This document shows, piece after piece, positions 25,389-34,670 of a stretch of 64,000 bases of DNA. The stretch spans positions 67,231 to 131,230 of the forward strand of contig CARJLX010000001.1 of assembly GCA_949001935.1 (NCBI GenBank). Direction: 5' to 3'. A program made the position numbers and the translations under genes. Numbering within the stretch: position 1 is the first letter of the stretch; every line of letters starts with the position of its first letter. The stretch comes from an uncultured Eubacteriales bacterium (lineage in GTDB: Bacteria; Bacillota; Clostridia; Christensenellales; UBA1242). The notes below the pieces were generated by a model. The model ran no database searches and was not told the origin of the DNA. It saw only the letters and a program-made list of their open reading frames with translations.

Positions 25389-26329
25389 ATGAAACTTTTA
25401 GATGAAATTTTGAAGAAAAAAGAAGAGGTTTTCACAAGTTGTGGTGAAAATGTGAAAATTGATAGTATTATGATTGAGAACAATGGCGAGGTTGCTCAGC
25501 ATTTTTACAAACCTGATGGGCTGCATGAAATGAGAAGTATAAGCAAAGTTATGATTGCCTTAGCTTACGGAATTGCCATAGATAGGCAAATTCTTGGCGG
25601 GGGGGGTATCAGTTAACTCTTGATACGCTTGTTTATCCAATTCTTAAAGATTTGACTGAGATTAGAAATAAAGACAATATAGATAAAATCAAAAAGTGGA
25701 CGATTAAAACACTTTTAACTTATTCGGCTGGTTATGAAAACCAAATGTTTTCTAATAAATTTATCAAAGATATTTATCCTAAAAATTATGTTGAATATTG
25801 TTTAAACTACCCATTAAAAAATCAACCTAACACCAAATATGTCTATAACAATGCCGAACCCTTCTTACTTTCAGTTTGTTTTCAAGAATATTTTGGAATT
25901 AATATTAAAGATTTTATTGTAAAAGAAATTTTCAAACCTTTAAAAATTAAAGATTTTATCTGGAAAAACTACGACAAATATTGTCCTGGTGGCACTGGGC
26001 TTTATCTTTCTCACAAAGATTTATTTAAAATTGGGCAGTTGATTTTAAGCAAAGGAAATTTTGAAGGCAGGCAAATTATAAGCAAAAGATATATTGAACA
26101 AATGTGTTCAACGCAAATGCAAACTCCATATGCTGTAAAGCCAGAGAGGGTTTTACCAAAAGAAAGTGTCGGGCTTGTGATGAAAATTTCAAGAAATGGC
26201 TATGTCTTTAAGGATGCGAAAAATGGCCAATACTTGATTGTTAATTTTGACAAGAATTTGCTTATCACAATTTTGGCAAGTGAAAAAGAAATGCAGTTTG
26301 TGACTGAAATTTTGAGAGGAGTTATTTAA
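25389..26329 (+). pseudogene. Serine hydrolase (beta-lactamase/PBP-like family) interrupted by a frameshift in a G8 tract
   Basis: ORF 25389-25616 carries the SxxK motif (SISK). ORF 25652-26329, in another frame, carries YxN (YNN). The second frame stays open back to the G run at 25599-25606, and G9 or G6 would fuse the two into ...LGGG(G)YQLTLDTLVYPILKDL.... Confidence 0.75.
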
Positions 26330-26334
26330 ATTAA

Positions 26335-26368
26335 AAACAAAAACCGCTATTATTAGCGGTTTTTTGTT
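26335..26368. terminator. Bidirectional terminator
   Basis: Hairpin ACCGCTA-ttat-TAGCGGT flanked by A-run and T-run, lying between convergent genes. Confidence 0.75.
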
Positions 26369-26665
26369 TTAACACTTCTTTCCTGTGTTGCCTATCATAT
26401 AGCCTGCGTACATGTAGAGTAGTGAGCAAGGTATTTGAAAATTTATACAACCGCAACTTGGAGTACAACATTGTGGTTGACATGGAAAGTTTGGAAAAGG
26501 CTGTTGAAAGCATGGTTGTTGAAATTGTGGGTAAAACCAAGGGTTATTCCATACAGGATTTTCACAGCCGCAATTTCTATGTGGTGGGCGAGGGCGGTCA
26601 CAGCCACAGGGTGGACGATGGAAATCGAAGCATTGTCCTTCAACATAATTTGTATTATATTTCAT
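26369..26665 (-). CDS. Small Cys/Pro/Gln-rich protein (98 aa)
   Basis: Strong RBS AAAGGAGGC, 13 Cys and many PxP/QP motifs. I recognised no family. Confidence 0.6.
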   Translation of the reverse strand: MKYNTNYVEGQCFDFHRPPCGCDRPRPPHRNCGCENPVWNNPWFYPQFQQPCFQQPFPNFPCQPQCCTPSCGCINFQIPCSLLYMYAGYMIGNTGKKC

Positions 26666-26696
26666 ATTAAAGCCTCCTTTTTAATAAATTGTATTA

Positions 26697-27764
26697 ATGA
26701 GTAATTTTTTTGCTAGATGTATTTGTAAAGCCACATCAAACAAATGTTTAATGACTTTTATGGTTATTGTTGGCACTGTTATTGGCAGTGGATTTTTGAG
26801 TGGAAAAGAGATAGTTGTTTTCTTTTCACGCTTTGGCAAAATGAGTTATTTTTGCATATTTCTTGCTTTTCTGCTTTTTTGGGGATTATTTTATTTTTTC
26901 CTTAAATATGCTGGCGGGACATTAAATAGGCTTGCAAGTTCTAAATATGCAAAGGTATTAAATTTTCTAATTTGTTTAATTTTATCAGCGGCAATGTTTG
27001 CAGGGATTATTGATTTATTATCATCGCTATGGTTTCCTATTCAAATTAGTATAATTTTTATCATGCTTTTAATTTGTTCAAGAATTGCATTAAAGGGGGC
27101 AAGTGTTCTTGAAAAACTAAATCTTTTCTTAGTGCCGATAATGATTGTATTTTTGATTATAAATCTTATATCTTTACTTTCATTAAAGACTTCTTCACTA
27201 TTTGTTGGTGGATATTATCCATACAGCATTTTCTTTTGCGTTTTGTATGTTATATTAAATACCTCAAATTCGGCTATAGTTATTTCTAATTTTTCTAAAG
27301 AATTAACTCAAAAGCAAAAAGTGCAAGTCAGTTTTTCCGCCGCACTTGCACTTTTTATTATTCTTTTATTTGCAAATATTGTATTACTACAAAATTCTTT
27401 TGCCTTTGGGCAGGAAATGCCTTTACTTTATTTAGTTAAGGGTGTCCAAAAAATTTTGATGAGTATCATCATGCTTATCGGATGCTCTACAACGCTTTTT
27501 TCTTTAGTATATACTATTTCTAGCAGTTTGAGAGGGGTGCATAATAAATTTTTTCTTTTGTTTTTCAGCGTTGGGCTTCCTTTTGCACTCAGTTTTCTCG
27601 GTTTTGGACTTATTGTTTCCTATTGTTATCCACTTACTAGTGTCTTGGGTATTTTTCTTTTGTGCGACTTATTTTGCATACCTTTTTTCAAAAAGGTTTA
27701 CAAGGGCATACATTCCACCCGCAAGAATACAAAGCAGGAAGATACTGGTCATGACAAGGTCTAG
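26697..27764 (+). CDS. YkvI-family polytopic membrane protein (putative transporter)
   Basis: About 10 hydrophobic segments and the N-terminal motif VIGSGFLSGKEI, typical of YkvI-like proteins. The start is uncertain because no clear RBS precedes it. Confidence 0.6.
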   Translation: MSNFFARCICKATSNKCLMTFMVIVGTVIGSGFLSGKEIVVFFSRFGKMSYFCIFLAFLLFWGLFYFFLKYAGGTLNRLASSKYAKVLNFLICLILSAAMFAGIIDLLSSLWFPIQISIIFIMLLICSRIALKGASVLEKLNLFLVPIMIVFLIINLISLLSLKTSSLFVGGYYPYSIFFCVLYVILNTSNSAIVISNFSKELTQKQKVQVSFSAALALFIILLFANIVLLQNSFAFGQEMPLLYLVKGVQKILMSIIMLIGCSTTLFSLVYTISSSLRGVHNKFFLLFFSVGLPFALSFLGFGLIVSYCYPLTSVLGIFLLCDLFCIPFFKKVYKGIHSTRKNTKQEDTGHDKV

Positions 27765-28475
27765 ATTAAGCATACTTTTGCCTAGATTGATTAGATAACC
27801 AAGTCCTGCCGTACTTGAAAGATATTCGCCCATAACAGTGCCAACCCAGCTCATACCTACATTAATTTTAAGCACGGAGATAAAGTCGGGTATTGCACTT
27901 GGCAATATGAGTTTTCGAAGTATTTGAAATTTGCTTGCATGCATAGACTGCATAAGCAAGATTTTATCTTGGTCGCAACTAGTGAAGGCATTTAGAAGTG
28001 AAATGGTTGTTATAACTATACAAATTAGCACGCACATCACTATTGTTGCACTAAAGCCTGAGCCTACCCAGAAGATTATTATTGGTCCAAGGGCAATTTT
28101 TGGTAGACTATTCAAAACTATAAGGTAGGGTTGAGCAACTTTTCTTGCTCGTTCGCTCCACCAAAGAAGAATTGCAATTAAGCCTCCAAGTAAGGTGGCA
28201 ATCAAGAAACCTAATATAGTTTCAAGCAGGCTTATACCCATATGCATCCAGATTTCACCCCCACTAAACAGGTCAACAAGAGTGACTGCTATTTTACTTG
28301 GGCTTGAAAAGAAGAATGGGTCTATAACGCCAGTATACGCAAATAATTCCCAAAGACCTAAGAAGAGAAAGAGAAGTAGTATCTGCAAAAAGATTACTAA
28401 TGTTTTCTCTTTTTTTAAAGATTTTACATATTTTTTATGTGTCTGAGAAAATTTTACTTGTTGTTTGGTTTTCAT
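27669..28475 (-). CDS. ABC transporter permease (NitT/TauT, SsuC-like family)
   Basis: Six TM segments and an EAA-like loop (LMQSMHASKFQILRKLILPSAIP). Start set at MKTKQQ (28475), which overlaps the end of the ATPase gene. Confidence 0.8.
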   Translation of the reverse strand: MKTKQQVKFSQTHKKYVKSLKKEKTLVIFLQILLLFLFLGLWELFAYTGVIDPFFFSSPSKIAVTLVDLFSGGEIWMHMGISLLETILGFLIATLLGGLIAILLWWSERARKVAQPYLIVLNSLPKIALGPIIIFWVGSGFSATIVMCVLICIVITTISLLNAFTSCDQDKILLMQSMHASKFQILRKLILPSAIPDFISVLKINVGMSWVGTVMGEYLSSTAGLGYLINLGKSMLNLDLVMTSIFLLCILAGGMYALVNLFEKRYAK

Positions 28476-29229
28476 TGGTAAGACTTCTCCAAATGGTTTC
28501 AAAATGCCTGCCAAATTCGCTGTCCTCGCGTTTTGCAAGTGGCGTCTTACCCTCAAAGTTTAAGTCTAGCACCTGTTTTACTTGGGCTGGACGAGATGAT
28601 AACACAATTATCCTATCCGACATGGACAGAGCTTCAGATATGTCATGACTGACAAGAAGTGCTGTCTTTTTTTCTCGCTTTATAATATCATAAACATCAT
28701 CGCAGACGAGAAGGCGGGTTTGAAAATCTAGTGCTGAGAATGGTTCGTCAAGAAGTAGCAGGGCAGGCTCTAACATTAAAGTTCGAATAAGAGCCACACG
28801 CTGTCGCATTCCGCCAGAAAGTTCGCGAGGCTTTTTGTTTTTAAAGTTGTAGAGGTCATATTTTTTGAGAAGTTCATTGGCTCGTTCAAGTTTTTCATGG
28901 TCTTTATTTTTCTTTTGTATCTCAAGTCCAAGCGTTATATTTTGCCAAATAGTGCGCCATTCAAATAATTGGTCGCGTTGAAACATATAGCCAACCTTGC
29001 CGTCATGTTTATTAACAATTTCACCATTAATTGTAATTTCTCCGCTTGAAGGCTTTAAAAGCCCAGCAGTTAGAGATAAGATTGTGGTTTTTCCACAGCC
29101 ACTTGGGCCAACGAGGGAGGCGAAAGAGTCTTGTTTGACAGAAAAGTCAAGGTTATTTAACGCTTGAATTTCATTATCTTTAGTTTGATAAAAGAAAGAA
29201 ACATTTTTATATTGTAAAAAGTTTTCCAT
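28435..29229 (-). CDS. ABC transporter ATP-binding protein (NitT/TauT family)
   Basis: Walker A GPSGCGKTT, signature LSGGMRQR and Walker B LLLLDEPFSALD. Confidence 0.92.
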   Translation of the reverse strand: MENFLQYKNVSFFYQTKDNEIQALNNLDFSVKQDSFASLVGPSGCGKTTILSLTAGLLKPSSGEITINGEIVNKHDGKVGYMFQRDQLFEWRTIWQNITLGLEIQKKNKDHEKLERANELLKKYDLYNFKNKKPRELSGGMRQRVALIRTLMLEPALLLLDEPFSALDFQTRLLVCDDVYDIIKREKKTALLVSHDISEALSMSDRIIVLSSRPAQVKQVLDLNFEGKTPLAKREDSEFGRHFETIWRSLTNENQTTSKIFSDT

Positions 29230-29380
29230 GATTTTTTTAACCTCTACAATATCATTTTATAAATTCCTCAATCTTTTGTGACTAAATTTTTAAAAAAATT
29301 GCAAATAGTTGGCAGTAAACCTTGAAAAACAATAATTTCATATTTTATACTCATGCCAAAGTTGCTTAAAGGAGGAAAGG

Positions 29381-29683
29381 GTGGATGAAGAAGGAAAACT
29401 TAAAAAGGCTTTATTAAAGAAAGCTTTGGGTTATGATGCCAACGAGGTTGTATGCGAGTATGTTCTAGATGAAGAAGGTCAAGAAAAGCTTAGCAAAAAA
29501 AAGGTGACCAAAAAGCATTATAGTCCTGACATATCGGCCGTCAAAATGATGTTTGAAAGATATTATGGAGATGATTATGCAGATATTTACAACATGAGTG
29601 ATGAAGAACTTGAAAGCGAGAGAAAGCGACTTTTGAAAATTTTAAAGGAGGAAGATGATGGAAATCACAAGATGCAAACATAG
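29381..29683 (+). CDS. Possible small-terminase C-terminal fragment (tentative)
   Basis: 100 aa. KKALLKKALGYD...KK..SPDISAVKMMFERY resembles the C-terminal part of some Firmicute phage TerS proteins. No N-terminal HTH is present. Confidence 0.3.
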   Translation: MDEEGKLKKALLKKALGYDANEVVCEYVLDEEGQEKLSKKKVTKKHYSPDISAVKMMFERYYGDDYADIYNMSDEELESERKRLLKILKEEDDGNHKMQT

Positions 29684-29879
29684 GGTTAAGTGTGACTTTT
29701 ATGGTTGTAGCAATTTGGCAGATTACTCTTTTTCTACAAAGGGGCTTATAAAAAGAGATTTATGTTTTTGCCAAGATTGTTTGAAAGGAATGTACGAATG
29801 TATTTCTAAAATGCAGGTACCCAAGGGAATTGAAAGCCCATTTAAATTAAATAAGAGGTTAAAGAAAGATGAAAAATAA
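29655..29879 (+). CDS. Small Cys-rich (zinc-ribbon-like) phage protein
   Basis: 74 aa with several paired Cys (C..C, CFC..C). It overlaps both neighbouring genes. Confidence 0.4.
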   Translation: MMEITRCKHRVKCDFYGCSNLADYSFSTKGLIKRDLCFCQDCLKGMYECISKMQVPKGIESPFKLNKRLKKDEK

Positions 29880-31740
29880 TAAAGTTAAACTAGAAGAACA
29901 AAGAGTTCAAGATTTAGTTAAGGAAGTTATTGATGACTTCCACAAGCGTCAATATGACCGCAAAAGTTTTGATACAACTTGGCAAATGAACATGAATTTT
30001 CTGCTTGGAAATCAATATTGCAATATTGGTTATGGCGGAGCTGTTGAAGAGATGGACAAGCAATATTTTTGGCAGGAGCGAGAGGTTTTTAATCATATTG
30101 CACCTATTTATGATATTAGATTTGCTAAATTATCTAAAATTAAGCCAAAAATGAGTGTTATACCATCAACAACTGACGAGAGAGATATTAAAACTGCAAA
30201 GGTTTCAAAAAAGATTTTATCTGCGATTTACAACAAAATGGGTATTGGTGAAAAAATCAACGAAGCTTTAAAGTGGAGTGAGGTTTGTGGAACAAGTTTT
30301 TACAAGGTTGTTTGGAGCAAAGATTTAGGTCAAGTAGTTGGCATTGATGAAAATAATAATCATATTAAAAGCGGTGAAGTTGAAGTTTCTGTTTGCTCTC
30401 CTTTTGAAATTTATCCAGACAATATGTCGGCAGGCAATTTAGATGAATGTCAATCAATTATTCATGCAAAAGCATATTCGGTTTTTGACATTAAAGATTT
30501 ATTTGGTGTTGATGTTGAAGGGCAAGATATTAAAACTTTTACATTAAATAATGTTTATTCTGGATTAGGTGGTCTTGGTTATAATGCAACTGCAACTAAG
30601 ATTACACAAAACGTTAAGTCAAATTCAGCAATTGTAATTGAGCGTTATGAAAAGCCATCAAGAGAATTCCCTAATGGTAGGCTTATTATTGTTGCTGGAG
30701 ACAAACTTGTTTTTGAGGGAGAACTTCCTTTTGCAAACGGAATTGATGGCAAAAGAGATTTTCCTTTTATAAGACAAATTTCTTTTGAAAATCCTGGTTG
30801 TTTTTGGGGAAGCAGTGTTATAGAAAGACTGATTCCTGTTCAAAGGGCTTATAACGCAGTAAAAAATCGCAAGCATGAATTTATCAACAGGCTTTCTCTT
30901 GGGATATTGAGTGTTGAGGATGGCTCTGTTGATATTGACAATCTTGAAGACGAAGGCTTATGTCCAGGGAAGGTTTTGGTTTATAGACAGGGGGCTGACA
31001 AGCCAGAGTATCTTTCTGCAGAATCAATCCCTAGCGGTTTAAGTGATGAAGAAGATAAGTTATTAACAGAATTCTCTAAAATAAGTGGCGTTACAGAGAT
31101 TTTGGATAAGAGTTATGTTTCTTCTAATCTAAGTGGTGTTGCACTTGAACTTTTGATTGGTCAAGATGAAACAAGATTAAATATGTCTAGCGAGAGTTTA
31201 AAAAATGCTGTTAGACTTATTGCTCAAAAAATCTTGAGGCTTTACAAACAATTTGCAATTTTCCCAAGACTTGCAAAACTTGTTGGAGATAATGGCAAAT
31301 TGGAAATGTTTTATTTCTCTTCAAGTGATGTTTCATCTGATGATGTTGTGATTGATGCTCAAAGCGAGGTTGGAGAAACGCTTACTCAAAGAAGAGAAAT
31401 GCTTTTCACACTTCTTGACAAGGGCTTATTAAGTGATGAAAATGGAAGTCTATCTAATCGTATGAAAACCAAGTTTTTAGATATGCTTGGACTTGGCGTT
31501 TGGGAGGGTGGACAAGACCTACACGAACTTCAAACCAATATGGCTGACGAAGAAAACTTAAAAATGCTTGACGGCGTTAGTGTTAAAACTTGTGAGATTG
31601 ATGATAACGAATTGCATTACAATTCTCATGTTGCCTTTATGCTTGGCAAAGATTACCTAAATGCAAAAGCTAAAAACCCTAAACTTGAAGATATATTTTT
31701 AGAGCATGTGCGTGAACACAAAAAAGAATTAAATAAATAA
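29869..31740 (+). CDS. Phage portal protein
   Basis: 623 aa. It sits directly upstream of the scaffold-like and capsid-like genes, and the N-terminal ...NMNFLLGNQY... region is reminiscent of podoviral head-tail connector proteins. Confidence 0.6.
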   Translation: MKNNKVKLEEQRVQDLVKEVIDDFHKRQYDRKSFDTTWQMNMNFLLGNQYCNIGYGGAVEEMDKQYFWQEREVFNHIAPIYDIRFAKLSKIKPKMSVIPSTTDERDIKTAKVSKKILSAIYNKMGIGEKINEALKWSEVCGTSFYKVVWSKDLGQVVGIDENNNHIKSGEVEVSVCSPFEIYPDNMSAGNLDECQSIIHAKAYSVFDIKDLFGVDVEGQDIKTFTLNNVYSGLGGLGYNATATKITQNVKSNSAIVIERYEKPSREFPNGRLIIVAGDKLVFEGELPFANGIDGKRDFPFIRQISFENPGCFWGSSVIERLIPVQRAYNAVKNRKHEFINRLSLGILSVEDGSVDIDNLEDEGLCPGKVLVYRQGADKPEYLSAESIPSGLSDEEDKLLTEFSKISGVTEILDKSYVSSNLSGVALELLIGQDETRLNMSSESLKNAVRLIAQKILRLYKQFAIFPRLAKLVGDNGKLEMFYFSSSDVSSDDVVIDAQSEVGETLTQRREMLFTLLDKGLLSDENGSLSNRMKTKFLDMLGLGVWEGGQDLHELQTNMADEENLKMLDGVSVKTCEIDDNELHYNSHVAFMLGKDYLNAKAKNPKLEDIFLEHVREHKKELNK

Positions 31741-31754
31741 AATTTGGAGGATTT

Positions 31755-32456
31755 ATGGAAGAATTACAAAGAGAACAACCATTAGAGGAACCAGCAAATG
31801 TTTCAGGCGAAACGATTGGTGAAAGTGCTGCGAGTGTGAATGGCTCTCTAAAAGAAATGGCAGATGGTGAGTTTGTAGATTTTGAAAATTTTGAGGACAA
31901 AGTTGATACTCCCTCAATTTTACAAGAACATAAAGAAGGAGATTTAGGAAAGTTTAAATCTGTGCAAGCTTTGTTTGACGCGTATAACAATTTGCAGGCT
32001 TCTTACACCAAAAAGTGCCAACGCTTAAGTGAACTTGAAAAAGAGAAAGCAGATTTTAAAGAAGATTTAAAGGAGAATGAAAATTCTTTAGAAGCTAACT
32101 TAAATTTGTTCCTTTCAAAGAACGCCGAAGCGAAAGGTTTTGCCGAAGAAATTAAAAATAAAATAGAAAATTCTGGCAAAACTGACATCTCCGCAATTGA
32201 AGGTGCTTGGAATGAAATTGTACTTGATCATATCAAGAATCCTTTTGATGACGGAGATAAAATAGTGGACAAATATGTCCTAGAAAATCAAAATGTTCGA
32301 GATAAAATTATTCAAGATTATATTAATTCATTAAACAAAACTTTAGTTCCTAAAGTTATTTCTTCAGGACAAGGACAAAGAGTGTCAGACATAACGACTG
32401 GCACTCCTGCGTCATTGTCTGAAGCTAAAAAAATGATGAAGCGAATGTTTGAATAA
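31755..32456 (+). CDS. Scaffolding protein (candidate)
   Basis: 233 aa, acidic and coiled-coil-rich, lying between the portal and capsid genes. Confidence 0.5.
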   Translation: MEELQREQPLEEPANVSGETIGESAASVNGSLKEMADGEFVDFENFEDKVDTPSILQEHKEGDLGKFKSVQALFDAYNNLQASYTKKCQRLSELEKEKADFKEDLKENENSLEANLNLFLSKNAEAKGFAEEIKNKIENSGKTDISAIEGAWNEIVLDHIKNPFDDGDKIVDKYVLENQNVRDKIIQDYINSLNKTLVPKVISSGQGQRVSDITTGTPASLSEAKKMMKRMFE

Positions 32457-32493
32457 TTTTCTTAACAAAACAATTATTTAAAGGAGAAAAATT

Positions 32494-33714
32494 ATGGTTT
32501 CACTTACAACAGCAAACAACGCTTTAAAAGATGTTTATGTAGGCGTTGTTGCAAATCAATTAAACATCAATGCAAATCCTCTTCTTTCTCAAATCAAAAG
32601 ATCTAATAAGGATATTTGGGGAAAAGAGATCGTAAAAATGACTACTTATGGTATCAATGGTGGTATCGGAGCAGGCGAAGAAACTGGGGCTCTTCCTATG
32701 GCAACTGGCAATAGTTATGCACAAATTCGCGCTACACTTAAAAACCTTTATGGTCAACTTGAAATATCAGACAAAGCTATCAAAAGTTCTGCAAACAATA
32801 TTGGTGCTTTTGTTGACCTTCTTGCTTATGAAATGGAAGGACTTGTAAAAGCAAGTTCATTCAATCTTGGCAGAATGCTTTATGGTGATGGTTCTGGAAA
32901 AGTTGCAACTATTTCAGCTGTTGATACTTCAGCTAAAACAATCACTTGTGATAGCGTTAGAAATATCATTGAAGGTATGGTTTTGGATGCTTTTGCAGGT
33001 TCTACTAAGAAAAGTACAGGGGCTATTAAAGTGACATATGTTGACCGCACAAACAACAAGTTTACATTTGATGGTGATATTTATGCAGGTAGCGAACTTG
33101 CTAAAGATCAAGTTTTATATGTTCAAGGTTCAAAAGATTTAGAGATAACAGGTCTTGGAAAACTTTTCTCTGCTGAAGATACATTATACGGTCTTAGCAA
33201 AACAACTTATCCTTGGCTTAAGTCTTATAAAACAGACTCAACAGAAAAAGAAATTTCTGATATGCTTATTCAAGAAGCTATTGATTTCTTGGAAGAGAAC
33301 AATGATGCAGGAATAAACTTTATTTCTTGTTCAAGCAAGGTTAGACGTGCATATCAACAATATCTCTCTGCTTATAGAAGAAATGTAGATATTGCTGAAC
33401 TTGCGGGTGGCTTTAAAACTATTACTCACAATGGAATTCCTGTTGTTGCAGATAGATTTGTTGAGGATGATGCTATGTATCTTCTTAACACTAACGACTT
33501 TACACTTCATGAACTTGATGACTGGAAGTGGATTGAAAGCGAAGATGGAAGTGTATTAAGACAAAATGCTGGACATGCAACATATTCAGCAACACTTGTT
33601 AAATATGCCGAACTCTTATGTGATAAGCCTGCTTCTCAAGCAAAGATTTGCGGAATTAAAGCAACTGTGACCAATCCATTTTTACCAAATGTGACTGCTA
33701 ATACAGAAGGTTAA
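32494..33714 (+). CDS. Major capsid protein (candidate)
   Basis: 406 aa with a strong RBS AAAGGAGA. It follows the scaffold gene, and its composition and the ...GRMLYGDGSGK... block are typical of phage coat proteins. Confidence 0.6.
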   Translation: MVSLTTANNALKDVYVGVVANQLNINANPLLSQIKRSNKDIWGKEIVKMTTYGINGGIGAGEETGALPMATGNSYAQIRATLKNLYGQLEISDKAIKSSANNIGAFVDLLAYEMEGLVKASSFNLGRMLYGDGSGKVATISAVDTSAKTITCDSVRNIIEGMVLDAFAGSTKKSTGAIKVTYVDRTNNKFTFDGDIYAGSELAKDQVLYVQGSKDLEITGLGKLFSAEDTLYGLSKTTYPWLKSYKTDSTEKEISDMLIQEAIDFLEENNDAGINFISCSSKVRRAYQQYLSAYRRNVDIAELAGGFKTITHNGIPVVADRFVEDDAMYLLNTNDFTLHELDDWKWIESEDGSVLRQNAGHATYSATLVKYAELLCDKPASQAKICGIKATVTNPFLPNVTANTEG

Positions 33715-33798
33715 AAATAGAGGGCAAAAAGTTTACTTTTTGCCTTTTATTGTTTTTTGAAGAATTTTTAAGGTTTTTAATCTATTTTAGGAGGTTTT

Positions 33799-34113
33799 AT
33801 GAGAAATTATTTGCTTGTTGATAATGATGTTTATTTTATTTCACAAAGATTGAAAGAGATAGATTTTCGTTATTTTATACTTTTCAATTTAAAAAAACAT
33901 AAATATGAAGTTCACAGCCTAGGACAGATAGGAGGTAGTTATTGTTTTACTCTTCCATTTGACTGTCTTGATGCAAGAGCAATTTCTTTTACTTTAAAAA
34001 CCAAAAGTGAAAACATTGAAAAGCTTGTTAAGGAAATAGATGAAGAAAACAAAAAACTAGAAAAAAACAATATAAAAAAGGCAGTTAATAAACTTGAGGA
34101 GGTTTTATTATGA
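33799..34113 (+). CDS. Phage hypothetical protein (104 aa)
   Basis: RBS AGGAGG, and a 4-nt overlap with the next gene. Confidence 0.5.
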   Translation: MRNYLLVDNDVYFISQRLKEIDFRYFILFNLKKHKYEVHSLGQIGGSYCFTLPFDCLDARAISFTLKTKSENIEKLVKEIDEENKKLEKNNIKKAVNKLEEVLL

Positions 34114-34670
34114 AAGCAATAGATATTATAAAAATTGCTTGTGATTTTACTGAAAATCAAGAGCTTGCTATAAAATTAGACGAAGAAAACCCTGAGTTTA
34201 CTTCAAACGAAAACAAAAAAATAAATTTGTTATTAAAATGTTTAAATTTAATTCAAAATGAGGTTGCGTGTGAATTTATTCCCTTGCAAGCCATAGAGGA
34301 AGTTAAGGCTACAGATTTTAAGGTTAATTATAATCAATTTTCTAAAAAACCAATTTCTATTATTTGGGCAAAAGATAAATTAGGAAGAAACATTCGCTTT
34401 AAGTCTTTTGCAGATTACCTTATGATTTTTGGTGGTTCAGCAAAAATTAAATATAATTATATGCCAAAGGAAATCACTTCTCTTGATAGTGATATAGAGG
34501 AAGCTATTTTACCAATGCGCATATATGCATATGGAATAGCCAGAGAATTTTATCTTATGCAGAGTTTGAGTGAAGATGCAGATATTTGGGAGGTTAGATT
34601 CAAGGATAGTCTTTGTGTTTTTGCAAGAAAAAAACAAGAAGTCAAAATGCCTTGCAGGAGGTGGCTATGA
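34110..34670 (+). CDS. Head-tail adaptor candidate (186 aa)
   Basis: Its size and position correspond to T7 gp11-type adaptors. Its stop overlaps the next gene's start (ATGA). Confidence 0.35.
   Translation: MKAIDIIKIACDFTENQELAIKLDEENPEFTSNENKKINLLLKCLNLIQNEVACEFIPLQAIEEVKATDFKVNYNQFSKKPISIIWAKDKLGRNIRFKSFADYLMIFGGSAKIKYNYMPKEITSLDSDIEEAILPMRIYAYGIAREFYLMQSLSEDADIWEVRFKDSLCVFARKKQEVKMPCRRWL

Noticed and set aside
26422-26704. Several 80-90-aa plus-strand ORFs overlapping the Cys/Pro-rich gene.
   Set aside because: They are antisense to a gene with a strong RBS and a coherent product. They overlap one another in different frames and lack RBSs.
29230-29380. att-like direct repeats bounding the phage-like module, comparing 29230-29380 with 36783-36930.
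   Set aside because: The only shared string I found is the 11-mer TTTTATAAATT, which is not significant in AT-rich intergenic DNA. No integrase is present to define att sites.
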